From: an uncultured Alphaproteobacteria bacterium
Lineage (GTDB): Bacteria > Pseudomonadota > Alphaproteobacteria > Rs-D84
Reading direction: 5' to 3'
Assembly: GCA_951801825.1 (NCBI GenBank)
Contig: CATOOF010000001.1
Span: forward strand, 380,132-444,131
Length of the DNA: 64,000 nucleotides
The notes beneath the pieces were generated by a model. It did no database searches, was not told the DNA's origin, and saw only the letters and a program-made list of their open reading frames with translations. The position numbers and the translations under genes are program-made. Below, one piece after another: positions 23,469 to 33,018 of this stretch. Position 1 is the first letter of the stretch. Each line of letters opens with the position of its first letter.

Positions 23469-24901
23469 AGACAGCAATAACACCCACGCGTGCTGAAAAT
23501 TTCAGCGAATGGTATCAGAATCTGATAACAGCGGCCGACCTGGCGGAAAATGCGCCGGTTCGCGGCTGTATGACGATAAAGCCGTACGGCTGGGCGATAT
23601 GGGAACTGATGCGTGATGAAATGGACCGTCGTATAAAGGCCCAGGGCGTCCTGAATGCAAACTTCCCTCTGCTGATTCCAATCGATTTCTTTAACCGAGA
23701 GGCGGAACATGTCGCCGGATTTGCGAAAGAGGCGGCGGTTGTCACACATTACCGCTTGAAAATGATTGAGGGTTCCCTGGCGCCCGACCCGGAATCCAAA
23801 CTGACCGAGCCATATATAATCCGCCCGACATCCGAAACAATAATAGGCGAGGCGATGTCTCGCTGGGTTCAGTCATACCGTGACCTGCCGATGAAATTGA
23901 ACCAGTGGGTAAATGTAATGCGCTGGGAAATGCGTCCGCGCATGTTCCTGCGTACATCCGAATTTAACTGGCAAGAAGGCCACAACGTATTCGCCACGCA
24001 CGAAGAGGCGAACGCCGATGCACGTAAAATGCATAAGCTCTATGGCGACTATATGCGCGATGTTTTGGCGATTCCGGCAATCATGGGTGAAAAAACACCA
24101 GAAGAGCGTTTTGCCGGCGCCGACCATACATATACCACCGAACAGATAATGCAGGACGGCAAGGCGCTGCAGGCGGGCACATCCCACGACCTGGGCCAGC
24201 ATTTCTCAAAATCGTTCGGTATAAAATATTTGGGCACCGACGGCCAGTTGCACCATGCATGGACAACATCATGGGGTACGTCAACGCGTATGATGGGCGG
24301 TCTGTTTATGACGCACAGTGACGACGATGGTCTGGTCCTGCCGCCAATGGTCGCCCCGTACCAGGTTGTGATTATACCGTTGGTTCGCGACGGAAATGAT
24401 GACGCGCTAAATGCGTATGCGGAAAAAATCGGTGATGACCTGCGTGCGCATGGCATTCGCGTTCTGGTCGATACATCCGATATGCGCGGGCCGGATAAAA
24501 TGTGGAAATGGATTAAGCGCGGCGTGCCACTGCGTGTGGAAATCGGTGCGCGCGAAATGGCGGCGGACCAGATAACCGTCACACGTCGTGACCTGGGCAA
24601 GGCGTCAAAGCAGACAATGGCGGCGGCCGAATTTGCATCCGTCGCCGCGGAAATGCTGCACGTGATGCATAAAGACATGTATAACGCCGCCGCCGCGCGC
24701 AATGCAACGATGATAAAGAATGTTGAATCGCTGGACGCGCTGGCCGCGGCATTAGGGGCGGGTGAAATCGGGTTCTTCCGCTTAAAGTATGATTTGACAT
24801 TGGCGCCGGAATTCGATGCGATTATGGATACGTACAAGGTATCGCGTCGCTGTCTGGATGATGCGGACCCGACATACGTGTTTGTCGCAAAATCGTATTA
24901 A
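23465..24901 (+). CDS. proS: Prolyl-tRNA synthetase (archaeal/eukaryote-type class II, ~478 aa)
   Basis: RAENFSEWYQNLI N-terminus, class II motifs. Overlaps olsA by 4 nt. Confidence 0.9.
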   Translation: MKTAITPTRAENFSEWYQNLITAADLAENAPVRGCMTIKPYGWAIWELMRDEMDRRIKAQGVLNANFPLLIPIDFFNREAEHVAGFAKEAAVVTHYRLKMIEGSLAPDPESKLTEPYIIRPTSETIIGEAMSRWVQSYRDLPMKLNQWVNVMRWEMRPRMFLRTSEFNWQEGHNVFATHEEANADARKMHKLYGDYMRDVLAIPAIMGEKTPEERFAGADHTYTTEQIMQDGKALQAGTSHDLGQHFSKSFGIKYLGTDGQLHHAWTTSWGTSTRMMGGLFMTHSDDDGLVLPPMVAPYQVVIIPLVRDGNDDALNAYAEKIGDDLRAHGIRVLVDTSDMRGPDKMWKWIKRGVPLRVEIGAREMAADQITVTRRDLGKASKQTMAAAEFASVAAEMLHVMHKDMYNAAAARNATMIKNVESLDALAAALGAGEIGFFRLKYDLTLAPEFDAIMDTYKVSRRCLDDADPTYVFVAKSY

Positions 24902-24904
24902 ACA

Positions 24905-24933
24905 ATCCCCGCCAGCGCGGGGATTTTTTTTTA
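24905..24933. terminator. Bidirectional intrinsic terminator between proS and the convergent HTH gene.
   Basis: ATCCCCGC/GCGGGGAT stem flanked by T/A runs. Confidence 0.7.
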
Positions 24934-25155
24934 TTTCCAATCTTTTAACAGCTCAATATTACACATGTGTATCAGACGATATACCTGGTACGGTGTCGGG
25001 TGAATCTTGCCCTTTTCAATCTCGTAATACACCAACCCATGTATCCCCAGCATGCGTCCCGTGTAATAAGGGCTAAGGTTTGTCTTTTTCCGCATGCGCC
25101 GCATAATATGCCCCAGCGACCTGTAAAACTCTTGCTCTGATTGTAATTTTTTCAT
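24931..25155 (-). CDS. Small XRE-family helix-turn-helix protein (74 aa), paralogue of 14342..14560
   Basis: SD GGAGGATAAAC upstream on the minus strand, nearly identical to copy A. HTH segment LGHIMRRMRKKTNLSPYYTGRMLGIHGLVYYEIEKG. Confidence 0.65.
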   Translation of the reverse strand: MKKLQSEQEFYRSLGHIMRRMRKKTNLSPYYTGRMLGIHGLVYYEIEKGKIHPTPYQVYRLIHMCNIELLKDWK

Positions 25156-25175
25156 GTTTATCCTCCATATTGGTT

Positions 25176-25365
25176 TTATAAAAAACATACCGCCGTGATG
25201 AAGGGCGGTTGGAGGTTAGATACTATTCGTCATAGTCCTGCTTATTTAGGTATATCACAGGCCTCCAACCATGTTGGAGAATAATTTAACGAAGAGGTAT
25301 CTACACCTCACATTGGTAATCATCCAATGCGGTATGAATTATAACATAATAATTGCGCTTTGCAA
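25176..25365 (-). promoter_or_regulatory. Leader family copy B (reverse orientation): promoter TTGCAA-16-TATAAT on the minus strand (25338-25365), structured leader, terminator (25176-25208).
   Basis: Reverse complement aligns along its length with 14161-14320, including GTGAGGTGTA, CTCCAAC-ATG-GTTGGAGG, CCTCCAACCGCCCTTCATCACGGCGG. Confidence 0.6.
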
Positions 25366-25368
25366 ATT

Positions 25369-26751
25369 TTAATATCTGTCGTATATGACGGGTGTTTTAT
25401 TTATCGTATATATACGCCCGTCATTTTTGCGGTTGTAAAATATGTACATAACGTTTGAAATTGTATCCTTTATCCATGGGTTGGCGCTGCCTATGACCTG
25501 GCGCTGGGTGTTATGCGGGAACACTGTGTGAAATGTATTGTCAAACACGCGCGTATATGCGTCGTCAAACGTCGCGCTAAGTACCATGTTCATAATAATT
25601 ATTCCATCTGGCGCGATGCGTGATTTTATTCGCGACATAAATTCCGCCGTGATTAAGTTTTCCGGTATCTGATATGAATTGGAATATACGTCCAATATAA
25701 TCAAATCGTATTCTTGGGTTGTATGTTTCAAAAACTGGCTGGCGTCGCGAACAATAAACTTTTTATTTGGTGTCAAATCGCGTTTTAAAAATTCTTTTTC
25801 CGAAATATCTTTCAGCGTGCTTTCGATATCCACAAACGTATAATCGTTGAAATCGTCGTTCAGTCCGGCTGTAAATCCGCCCGCCCCCAGTACCAGTATT
25901 TTGCGCACCCGGTCCCGCGGCATGTTGTATATAAAGTTTGTATTGATATAGTTTATATATTCGGCCCCCATCTGCGAACTGGGATAATACACCGACATCG
26001 GCAGGCCGTTCATATATAAAACCTTTACCGTTTCGGCATCCATAACAGATATGGTTGAATTTGCGTTATTGACGATTATTCCGAAATATTTTTTCTGTAC
26101 CGCACTGCTGTTGATAATCACGGTGGCCGCCATTATCAATGTGGCGGCAATGGCGCCGCCCAGGCGCATGCGGCATATTATTGCGGCAAAAATCCCCATC
26201 CCCACAACAAGTGTTATCGTATGATTTACGCCGATAAACGGCATAAAGGCCAGTGTTGTTGCAATCGATGCGATTACCGACCCGATTGTATCCCATGCCA
26301 TAATATTTCCGGCATAGTTTGTATTGTATTTATGCAGCATTCGCGACAACAGTGTTGTGTTGTATCCGAACAAAAACGGCCCCGCCGATAAAAACAGGAA
26401 TGAAAATATAAATGTCTGGATAATGCCCGATGTGATGCCGATTTGATACATCCATTCAAAATATTTTGATACCAGCGGAAATGACCCGGCCAGGATTGCA
26501 AACACGGCAATAACAAGAAAACTTTTCCCCAGTCGTCTTCGCGCCCGCGCAGGGGTTATATTGCTGCGCGTGCCCATAAAATACCCCAGTGACATAAACC
26601 CCATAAAGCTGCCCATTATGATACTGGTAATTACGGCGGCGCTGCCTACGAAAAACGACAACTGGCGCATCACGACCAGTTCCAGTGACATGCTGACATA
26701 ACCGTTCAAAAATATTAAGAATACCAGCCACAGGTGCAGTTTTTTTGTCAC
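25369..26751 (-). CDS. Polytopic membrane protein fused to a spermidine/spermine synthase-like (PABS) domain
   Basis: N-terminal ~220 aa of TM helices. C-terminal VLGAGGFTAG...IDIES..ILDVY Rossmann-fold methyltransferase/PABS signature. Confidence 0.65.
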   Translation of the reverse strand: MTKKLHLWLVFLIFLNGYVSMSLELVVMRQLSFFVGSAAVITSIIMGSFMGFMSLGYFMGTRSNITPARARRRLGKSFLVIAVFAILAGSFPLVSKYFEWMYQIGITSGIIQTFIFSFLFLSAGPFLFGYNTTLLSRMLHKYNTNYAGNIMAWDTIGSVIASIATTLAFMPFIGVNHTITLVVGMGIFAAIICRMRLGGAIAATLIMAATVIINSSAVQKKYFGIIVNNANSTISVMDAETVKVLYMNGLPMSVYYPSSQMGAEYINYINTNFIYNMPRDRVRKILVLGAGGFTAGLNDDFNDYTFVDIESTLKDISEKEFLKRDLTPNKKFIVRDASQFLKHTTQEYDLIILDVYSNSYQIPENLITAEFMSRIKSRIAPDGIIIMNMVLSATFDDAYTRVFDNTFHTVFPHNTQRQVIGSANPWIKDTISNVMYIFYNRKNDGRIYTINKTPVIYDRY

Positions 26752-26814
26752 GATGAAATTCCTCCTTTGCGGTCAAAATGGTAAAGGAAAAATTGTTTTC
26801 AGGCAATGTAAATT

Positions 26815-27114
26815 TTAGTTCGCATTCATTAAGCGGACATCGCTGAATTCCGGATGTCTGTTAAACATTGCGGCGGCAAACGGGCACAGTGCGACAACTT
26901 TTCTTTTTTGGGTGCGTGCTATGTCGACCACGGCCGATACCAGCCCCAGTCCCACGTGTGCGCCGCGGTATGATTCTTCGACCTCTGTGTGATCTATTAT
27001 CATCTTGTCGCCGCCGGTGTGAACAAACGTGATTTCCCCAACGGTATGCCCGTCACAGTGGGCATAAAAACCCTGGCCGTCGTCAAATAAAATATATTTT
27101 ACATCGTATGCCAT
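26815..27114 (-). CDS. GNAT family N-acetyltransferase (small, ~99 aa)
   Basis: GxGLG-like HVGLGLV motif and size typical of single-domain GNAT. Confidence 0.55.
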   Translation of the reverse strand: MAYDVKYILFDDGQGFYAHCDGHTVGEITFVHTGGDKMIIDHTEVEESYRGAHVGLGLVSAVVDIARTQKRKVVALCPFAAAMFNRHPEFSDVRLMNAN

Positions 27115-27291
27115 TTTTGTCGCTCCACGATAAAACTATAGCATACCAATTTTGCCCGGCCATAGGGTTGTTATCCGACACAATGCTGGAAAACACTAAT
27201 CAGCATTAAATTGAATTTTTTATTATATAGCCCATGATTCGCGCAGACTTTATATTTGACTAACTATTATGAAATAGTTAAAATTTTTCTT

Positions 27292-27684
27292 ATGAAAAAG
27301 TTACTTATCTTTTTTTCACTATACATATTATTCACATCCCCAGTGCGTGCGGATCAATGTGAATGGGTATTTTGGGATGTGGCAGAAAAAGCGTACAAGT
27401 TATTGGAACATTCTAAGGATTATACCGAATTTTGTGCGCCATGCATGGACAAAGAGCCGATAACTCGGCAAATAAATACATTGGATATACAGCCGGTGCA
27501 TCAAAAAGATACTGATGAAAGACTGTATCAAATTTTGATAAACGGTAAATCAATTGATATCGCATACGTTTACATAAATGGTAAAAATTTGGGGATGCAG
27601 GCAAACTGCACCCCAATAAGTGGCGTTCCGGAATATATTGATGATTTTTTAACTGGTCGCTGGCAACCAGAAGAAACATTATAA
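27292..27684 (+). CDS. Secreted hypothetical protein (signal peptide, 4 Cys), AT-rich
   Basis: MKKLLIFFSLYILFTSPVRA signal peptide. Low GC; part of the tRNA-Thr-linked islet. Confidence 0.5.
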   Translation: MKKLLIFFSLYILFTSPVRADQCEWVFWDVAEKAYKLLEHSKDYTEFCAPCMDKEPITRQINTLDIQPVHQKDTDERLYQILINGKSIDIAYVYINGKNLGMQANCTPISGVPEYIDDFLTGRWQPEETL

Positions 27685-27697
27685 TATTTATATTGCA

Positions 27698-28222
27698 TCA
27701 ATATTTATTCGTGCGTTTTGTCCAGCCAATCTTGGCTGTTGGCCAGTTGGGGGTTTTCTTTAAATATTCAAAACGCTCAGCTTTTAAAGTTTCCATAAAA
27801 TCTGATACTTTATTTGCGGGGATAGAGTTTAAAGCATCTATCGTCTTGAGGCCAATTGCTCCGTCCACGGCAAGACTAGCATCACTAAAATCATTCAGCG
27901 CTCTTTGAACCACTTTTCCAGCTCCTCCCATAACATTCATATCGAATACAGCGTTTCGTACTCGATCATTTTCTATTTGTGGGATTTTTGTTTTGTCCCA
28001 ATACATATCCTTATAAATTTCTTTTACTTGCGGACGCTCTAAATCTATTACGTCTTTTGGTAAGTCTTTTTCAGGATGTTTTCTCGCATAATAATTCAGA
28101 GTACTTTGTTTTATTCCCATGTTTGTCGGTTCATCACTAACCTGATTTGTGCCGTCGGTATATTTTCCTTCTGGCTCTTTTAATTTATTATATGCTTCTT
28201 CAAATTTTTCATCTTTTATCAT
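27698..28222 (-). CDS. GH108-family lysozyme-like protein with a C-terminal PG_binding_3 domain
   Basis: EGKYTDGTNQVSDEPTNMGIKQSTL resembles the GH108 catalytic block. C-terminal VDGAIGLKTIDALNSIP...W motif. ATG 28222 has SD AAGGAAAC; the ORF-track start 28354 is an upstream extension. Confidence 0.55.
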   Translation of the reverse strand: MIKDEKFEEAYNKLKEPEGKYTDGTNQVSDEPTNMGIKQSTLNYYARKHPEKDLPKDVIDLERPQVKEIYKDMYWDKTKIPQIENDRVRNAVFDMNVMGGAGKVVQRALNDFSDASLAVDGAIGLKTIDALNSIPANKVSDFMETLKAERFEYLKKTPNWPTAKIGWTKRTNKY

Positions 28223-28425
28223 ATCTTTTGTTTCCTTCTTATCCTTCGATTTATATGGTTTGCTTTCGATTACAAGTGAAAAAGCCCCGCGGGTGCGGGG
28301 CAATAAAAAACGGCGATACCTATCGCCATTGTTCATAGGTATATTATACCACAATTTCTAATAAAAATCTATTAAATACCCCACATGCCAAAACAAAAAA
28401 ATCCGCGAAAATTCGCGGAAATCCT

Positions 28426-28500
28426 GGTGCCGGCTGTCGGACTTGAACCAACGACCCTCTGATTACAAATCAGATGCTCTACCAGCTGAGCTAAGCCGGC
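28426..28500 (-). tRNA. tRNA-Thr (anticodon TGT)
   Basis: Reverse complement GCCGGCTTAGCTCAGCTGGTAGAGC...anticodon loop TTTGTAA...GGTTCAAGTCC...CCA. Confidence 0.88.
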
Positions 28501-28595
28501 AACGAGCATTACTATACATTGTTATAAAAAAAATAGCAAGTGTAAAAATTCATAAATTACTTGCTTTTGATGTCCCGCGGGTAAATCATAGGCTT

Positions 28596-29846
28596 ATGAT
28601 TAAATTACCTGAACTTTTGGCGCCGGCCGGAACGCTGGACGCATTTAAAACGGCCATTTTATATGGCGCTGATGCAATATATGCGGGACTGCCCGGTTTT
28701 TCTATGCGCGCCCGTGCAAAAATTACCACCGAAGAGGTAAAGGCCGGAATCGAATTGGCACATGCCGCTGGGAAAAAGGTTTATTTGGCCTTTAACCTGT
28801 TTGCACATGATGCAGAATATGCAAATCTTTCGCGGGTCAGTGAAACAATACGCTATCTGCGGCCTGATGCGCTGATTGTTTCCGACCCCGGTATTGTAAT
28901 GTGGGTGCGTGAAAATCATCCCGATATTCCGATTCATATTTCAACCCAGGCAAATATATGTTCGGCGCGTTCTGTAAAATTTTGGCAGGCGGCCGGTGCC
29001 CGTTTATGTGTTCTTGCGCGTGAGGTATCGCACAGTGAATTCAAATCGATACGCGCGGCATGCCCTGATGTTGGGCTGGAAATATTCGTTCATGGTGCGA
29101 TGTGCATGTCGTATTCCGGGCGGTGCCTGTTGTCTAATTTCGTGACCGGGCGTCCGGCAAATCGTGGGGCGTGCGCCCAGCTGTGTCGTTGGAAATACGA
29201 CGTTATATTGCGCGAGCGCGAATCGGGCCTGGAAATGCCCCTGGAAGAAGATGAGCGCGGCGCATATATAATGAACTCAAAAGATTTGTGTTTGATGCCC
29301 CGCCTGGGCGAGGTTGTCGCCGCCCGGCCGGATTCTCTGAAGATAGAGGGGCGCAACCGCAGCGAGTATTATGTGGGCAGTGTAGTGCATGCATATCGCT
29401 GTGCGCTGGATGCATATGCCGCCGCCCCGGATAAATTTGACCCGGCGCCTTTTATGGCGGCGTTGAATGTTTTAGAAACACGTGGATATACGACGGCTTT
29501 CTTTGATGGGCCCGTTGGTGCCGACGCGCATGATTATAATACCACGCGATCTACGTCAGAATATCATGCCGCCGGGGTTATAACGGCCGTTAATTCTGAT
29601 AAGATTACATTGGAATTGCGAAATGAAATAAAGGCGGGCGATGAAATAACATTTATACTGCCCGGAACAATGGATAATGTATCTGTATTGCTAGAGCGGA
29701 TTATAAACGCGGCCAACGGCGCGGATGTTCCAAAAATGGCCGCGGGCCAGCGTAACAGCATAATTATTCCGCGCCAATGGTTGTGCGGTGCACCTGTGGA
29801 AAATTTCGCGGTAAACGTTCTGGCATATAAGAAAAAGAATAAATAA
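28596..29846 (+). CDS. Peptidase U32 family protein (YhbU/RlhA-like)
   Basis: MIKLPELLAPAGTLDAFKTAILYGADAIYAG N-terminus characteristic of the U32 family. The ORF-track start 28443 overlaps the tRNA and is rejected. Confidence 0.8.
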   Translation: MIKLPELLAPAGTLDAFKTAILYGADAIYAGLPGFSMRARAKITTEEVKAGIELAHAAGKKVYLAFNLFAHDAEYANLSRVSETIRYLRPDALIVSDPGIVMWVRENHPDIPIHISTQANICSARSVKFWQAAGARLCVLAREVSHSEFKSIRAACPDVGLEIFVHGAMCMSYSGRCLLSNFVTGRPANRGACAQLCRWKYDVILRERESGLEMPLEEDERGAYIMNSKDLCLMPRLGEVVAARPDSLKIEGRNRSEYYVGSVVHAYRCALDAYAAAPDKFDPAPFMAALNVLETRGYTTAFFDGPVGADAHDYNTTRSTSEYHAAGVITAVNSDKITLELRNEIKAGDEITFILPGTMDNVSVLLERIINAANGADVPKMAAGQRNSIIIPRQWLCGAPVENFAVNVLAYKKKNK

Positions 29847-29875
29847 ATCCCCGCAAAATGCGGGGGATTTTTTTA
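29847..29875. terminator. Bidirectional terminator between the U32 peptidase gene and cvpA
   Basis: ATCCCCGC/GCGGGGGAT stem plus T-run. Confidence 0.7.
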
Positions 29876-29886
29876 CAGTTGTTTTT

Positions 29887-30651
29887 TTACTCGCCTTCTT
29901 CCTGCTGCTCGGCCGCGCGTGCGGCGGTCTCTATTTGCAACAGTTGGTTTTCCAATGCGGTGCGTTCTGATGACTTATATCCCGTTTCTGTCGGGGTGTC
30001 CGGCGCCGGGACCGGTGCCGGTGCTTTTTTATCAGACACGGTTACTGTTTCTGTTGTGGGTTTTGGTTTGTCGGACACGGCCGGATTGATAAGATTGTTG
30101 TATATCTCAATCGCTTCTCGTGTGCCGGCCAGGTCGCGCTGTAACAGCTTGTTTTCGCCACCAGGCAAGAACCACTTGTTTAACTTTATTGCGGTTAACT
30201 GCATTATTGGTCGCGTGCGTGCCTGGGCAATCCATCGCGGCAGTTCGGGTGCGTCCGAATAGTACCACAATGCCGCCCAATAGACCACGCCCATAACGAC
30301 AATTCCGCGTACAATTCCGAATATAACCCCCAACGTGTGGTCCGTGACATTCATCATGCTTTCCTGGATTTTATCGCGCAGTTTTTGGTTAAAGAAACCC
30401 ACCACCAATAAAATCACAAAGAATACGATGAAATACGACGACACCAGCGTCCCAACCGTTGATTCGGCCAGTCCGAACCATTTCTGCAACAGCCCATCCA
30501 GCATGGGCGAAACGAAACGAGCGGTCACTGCGGCGACAACCCATGACAAGGTTGCCACCGTTTCATATATTCCACCGCGAATTGTTGCCCACACTGTGGA
30601 CGCCAATATAACGCCGATATATATGTAATCAAGACTTGTTAAATCAAACAT
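29887..30651 (-). CDS. cvpA: CvpA family membrane protein with a Pro/Thr-rich C-terminal extension
   Basis: Four-TM CvpA-like N-terminal region. Confidence 0.65.
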   Translation of the reverse strand: MFDLTSLDYIYIGVILASTVWATIRGGIYETVATLSWVVAAVTARFVSPMLDGLLQKWFGLAESTVGTLVSSYFIVFFVILLVVGFFNQKLRDKIQESMMNVTDHTLGVIFGIVRGIVVMGVVYWAALWYYSDAPELPRWIAQARTRPIMQLTAIKLNKWFLPGGENKLLQRDLAGTREAIEIYNNLINPAVSDKPKPTTETVTVSDKKAPAPVPAPDTPTETGYKSSERTALENQLLQIETAARAAEQQEEGE

Positions 30652-30688
30652 GTGCGTTTCGCCTTATTTTACGTGCCGGATATCTGGC

Positions 30689-31255
30689 TTAGTTACGCTT
30701 TCCTTTTTTCAACAGGACAAACCCCAGTCCCGCAACCAGTGCCACCAACAGGCCCCAGAACCAGATTGTGGAATTGCCTTCTGTTTTGTTTGACTGCGCC
30801 GCCGCGGCATCATACTCGGAAATTGCGTTTGCACGCTCCGCATTGGCGGCCTTAAAACCCTCGGCATCCTTTTCCATTTCAGCCTTGTTTTCTGCCGCTG
30901 TTTTCTTTTCAGCATCGGACATATCCGCTTCTACCGCGGTGCGCAAATCGTCCTGCATAAAGTCGGCATAACCCTGAAAGCATTTTTCGCCGACAACCAA
31001 AACAGGCACGCCACCGGATTCGTATTCACATTTTGTCAGTGTTTCCTGAAACATTGGCAGGTTTTTTTCATCCATTACATTGACTTCTGTAACCTTGATT
31101 GTCGGATATTCGTAAACCAGTGCACTGCTGATGAAATCGCGGGCATGGTGACAATGCGGGCATGTTGGCGAATAATAAACGGTAATATCCGCGGCGGATG
31201 CCGAACCAATAAACGCCAGCCCCATCATGGCCGATATAACAGATGTTTTTTTCAT
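30689..31255 (-). CDS. Periplasmic thioredoxin/glutaredoxin-fold protein (CPHC active site) with a C-terminal membrane anchor
   Basis: Signal peptide, YYSPTCPHCHHARDF motif, C-terminal hydrophobic helix plus KKGKRN. Confidence 0.6.
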   Translation of the reverse strand: MKKTSVISAMMGLAFIGSASAADITVYYSPTCPHCHHARDFISSALVYEYPTIKVTEVNVMDEKNLPMFQETLTKCEYESGGVPVLVVGEKCFQGYADFMQDDLRTAVEADMSDAEKKTAAENKAEMEKDAEGFKAANAERANAISEYDAAAAQSNKTEGNSTIWFWGLLVALVAGLGFVLLKKGKRN

Positions 31256-31401
31256 GTTTTCTCCTTTTTGACATGTAGATTATAAAAATACGTCAGTTGC
31301 GGTGCAAGACCTTTTTAATGTAAATATCGCAAAAAATTCCTGTTGTATTTTATGCCTATGATACGCACAATGTACATTGATATAATAACGGAGGCTTTAT
31401 A

Positions 31402-31986
31402 ATGTTTACTTTATCTCAGTTCCCTCTGCCGTATGCGTCTGATGCGCTGGCGCCATACATCAGCAGTGACACCATATTTTATCATCATGGCAAGCATGTT
31501 GGCACATACATTAAAAATCTGAACGATTTGATTGCAGGTACGGCGTATGCGGATATGCCGTTGGTAGATATCATAAAAACATCTATTAACCGCGACCCAA
31601 AGGTGTTTAATAACGCCGCCCAGGTTTACAATCATGATTTCTTTTTTCATTGTCTGCGCCCGGCAAAGGAAGAGATGCAGATGCCCGCGGAACTGGCGGC
31701 GGCATTTGGCGGTGCCGATGCATTGAAAGAGCAGTTTCGTACCGCGGCTCTGTCTGTTTTTGGCAGTGGCTGGACATGGATTGTTCGTGATGGCGATGCA
31801 TATAAAATAATTACCACTGCAAACGCCGATACGCCGATTGCACATGGTTTGACGCCGGTATTTACCCTGGATGTGTGGGAACATGCATATTATCTGGATT
31901 ACCAGAATCGTCGTGCGGACTTTATAGATGCGGTTCTTGATAACTTGGTTAATTGGGAATTTGTAGCAGAAAATATGAAAAAATAA
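31402..31986 (+). CDS. sodB: Fe/Mn superoxide dismutase
   Basis: HHGKHH-like, DVWEHAYYLDYQNRR signature. Confidence 0.93.
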   Translation: MFTLSQFPLPYASDALAPYISSDTIFYHHGKHVGTYIKNLNDLIAGTAYADMPLVDIIKTSINRDPKVFNNAAQVYNHDFFFHCLRPAKEEMQMPAELAAAFGGADALKEQFRTAALSVFGSGWTWIVRDGDAYKIITTANADTPIAHGLTPVFTLDVWEHAYYLDYQNRRADFIDAVLDNLVNWEFVAENMKK

Positions 31987-32052
31987 AAAACGGGGGCGAT
32001 ACCCCGTTTTTTTTGATATAATATCTTGGGTAAATAATATGGAGCGGAAAGA

Positions 32053-32988
32053 ATGAAGATAGCTATTATCGGAATAGGTGCAGTTGGTGCGGCGGTTGCA
32101 ACAGCGGTTGCTGGTACGGGTTTGGCGCGTGAAATGGTTTTGTTTGACAGAGACGGCCTGCGCGCACGTGCCGCGGCCGAAGATTTAGGGCATGCGTCTG
32201 CTTTTTCCTATGATGTAAAGATAACGGCTGTTAATAATTATCGCGGCATTCGGGGCAGTGACATAGTAATAATTGCCGCCGGTGCAAATCAAAAGCCGGG
32301 CGAGACACGGACCGACTTGCTGGAAAAGAATGTTGCGGTTGTATCGGACATAATTCCGCGTGTAATGGCCAATACGGATACAAAGCGTGTAAAAATAATT
32401 GTTGTTACAAATCCGCTGGATGTGATGGTTATGCTGACCCAGAAACTGTCAAAACTGCCGGCGGGGCGTGTGATTGGAACGGGTACTATGCTGGACACGG
32501 CGCGTCTGCGCACTATATTGGGGCGTGCGCTGGGGGTGTCGACCAGGGCGGTTCATGCATACGTTCTGGGCGAGCACGGCGACAGCAGTGTCGTTGCATG
32601 GAACGCGGCCAGCGTTGGTGGCCTGCCGCTGGATGATTTTTGCCGCCAGACTAAAAATTCTCTGACCGCGGCATCGCGCCAGACGATTGAATATCGGGTT
32701 CACAATGCGGCGTATGAAATTATTCGTGGTCGTGGCGCCACATGGGATGGAATTGGCGCGGCGGTTGCCGATTTGGTTCGATGCATTGCAAACGACGAAC
32801 GCCGTATCCTTACCGTCAGTATGGTCGAAGGCACGGGCCGTGCGGCATTGGCGATGTCGTTGCCCCGCATTGTTGGCGACGCCGGTGTTGTCGCCAGCCT
32901 GCGTCCGCGGCTTTCCGTTTCGGAATCTGCCGGCCTGCGTAAATCAGGCAAGATAATTCGTGCAAATTTTGATGCGATTGGGAAATAA
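32053..32988 (+). CDS. ldh: L-lactate dehydrogenase
   Basis: GANQKPGETR (Gln at the substrate-specificity position) and LGEHGDS motifs of L-LDH. Confidence 0.75.
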   Translation: MKIAIIGIGAVGAAVATAVAGTGLAREMVLFDRDGLRARAAAEDLGHASAFSYDVKITAVNNYRGIRGSDIVIIAAGANQKPGETRTDLLEKNVAVVSDIIPRVMANTDTKRVKIIVVTNPLDVMVMLTQKLSKLPAGRVIGTGTMLDTARLRTILGRALGVSTRAVHAYVLGEHGDSSVVAWNAASVGGLPLDDFCRQTKNSLTAASRQTIEYRVHNAAYEIIRGRGATWDGIGAAVADLVRCIANDERRILTVSMVEGTGRAALAMSLPRIVGDAGVVASLRPRLSVSESAGLRKSGKIIRANFDAIGK

Positions 32989-32991
32989 AAA

Positions 32992-33017
32992 ACGCGCCCA
33001 TGTGGCGCGTTTTTTTA
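32992..33017. terminator. Bidirectional terminator between ldh and a convergent gene
   Basis: CGCGCC/GGCGCG stem flanked by A and T runs. Confidence 0.65.
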
Positions 33018-33018
33018 A

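Noticed and set aside
28443-28595. N-terminal 51-codon extension of the U32 peptidase ORF
   Set aside because: It overlaps tRNA-Thr on the opposite strand. The conserved U32 N-terminus begins at ATG 28596.
32289-33001. Several ORFs antisense to or out of frame within ldh
   Set aside because: Embedded in a confidently identified gene; Arg/Pro-rich artefacts.
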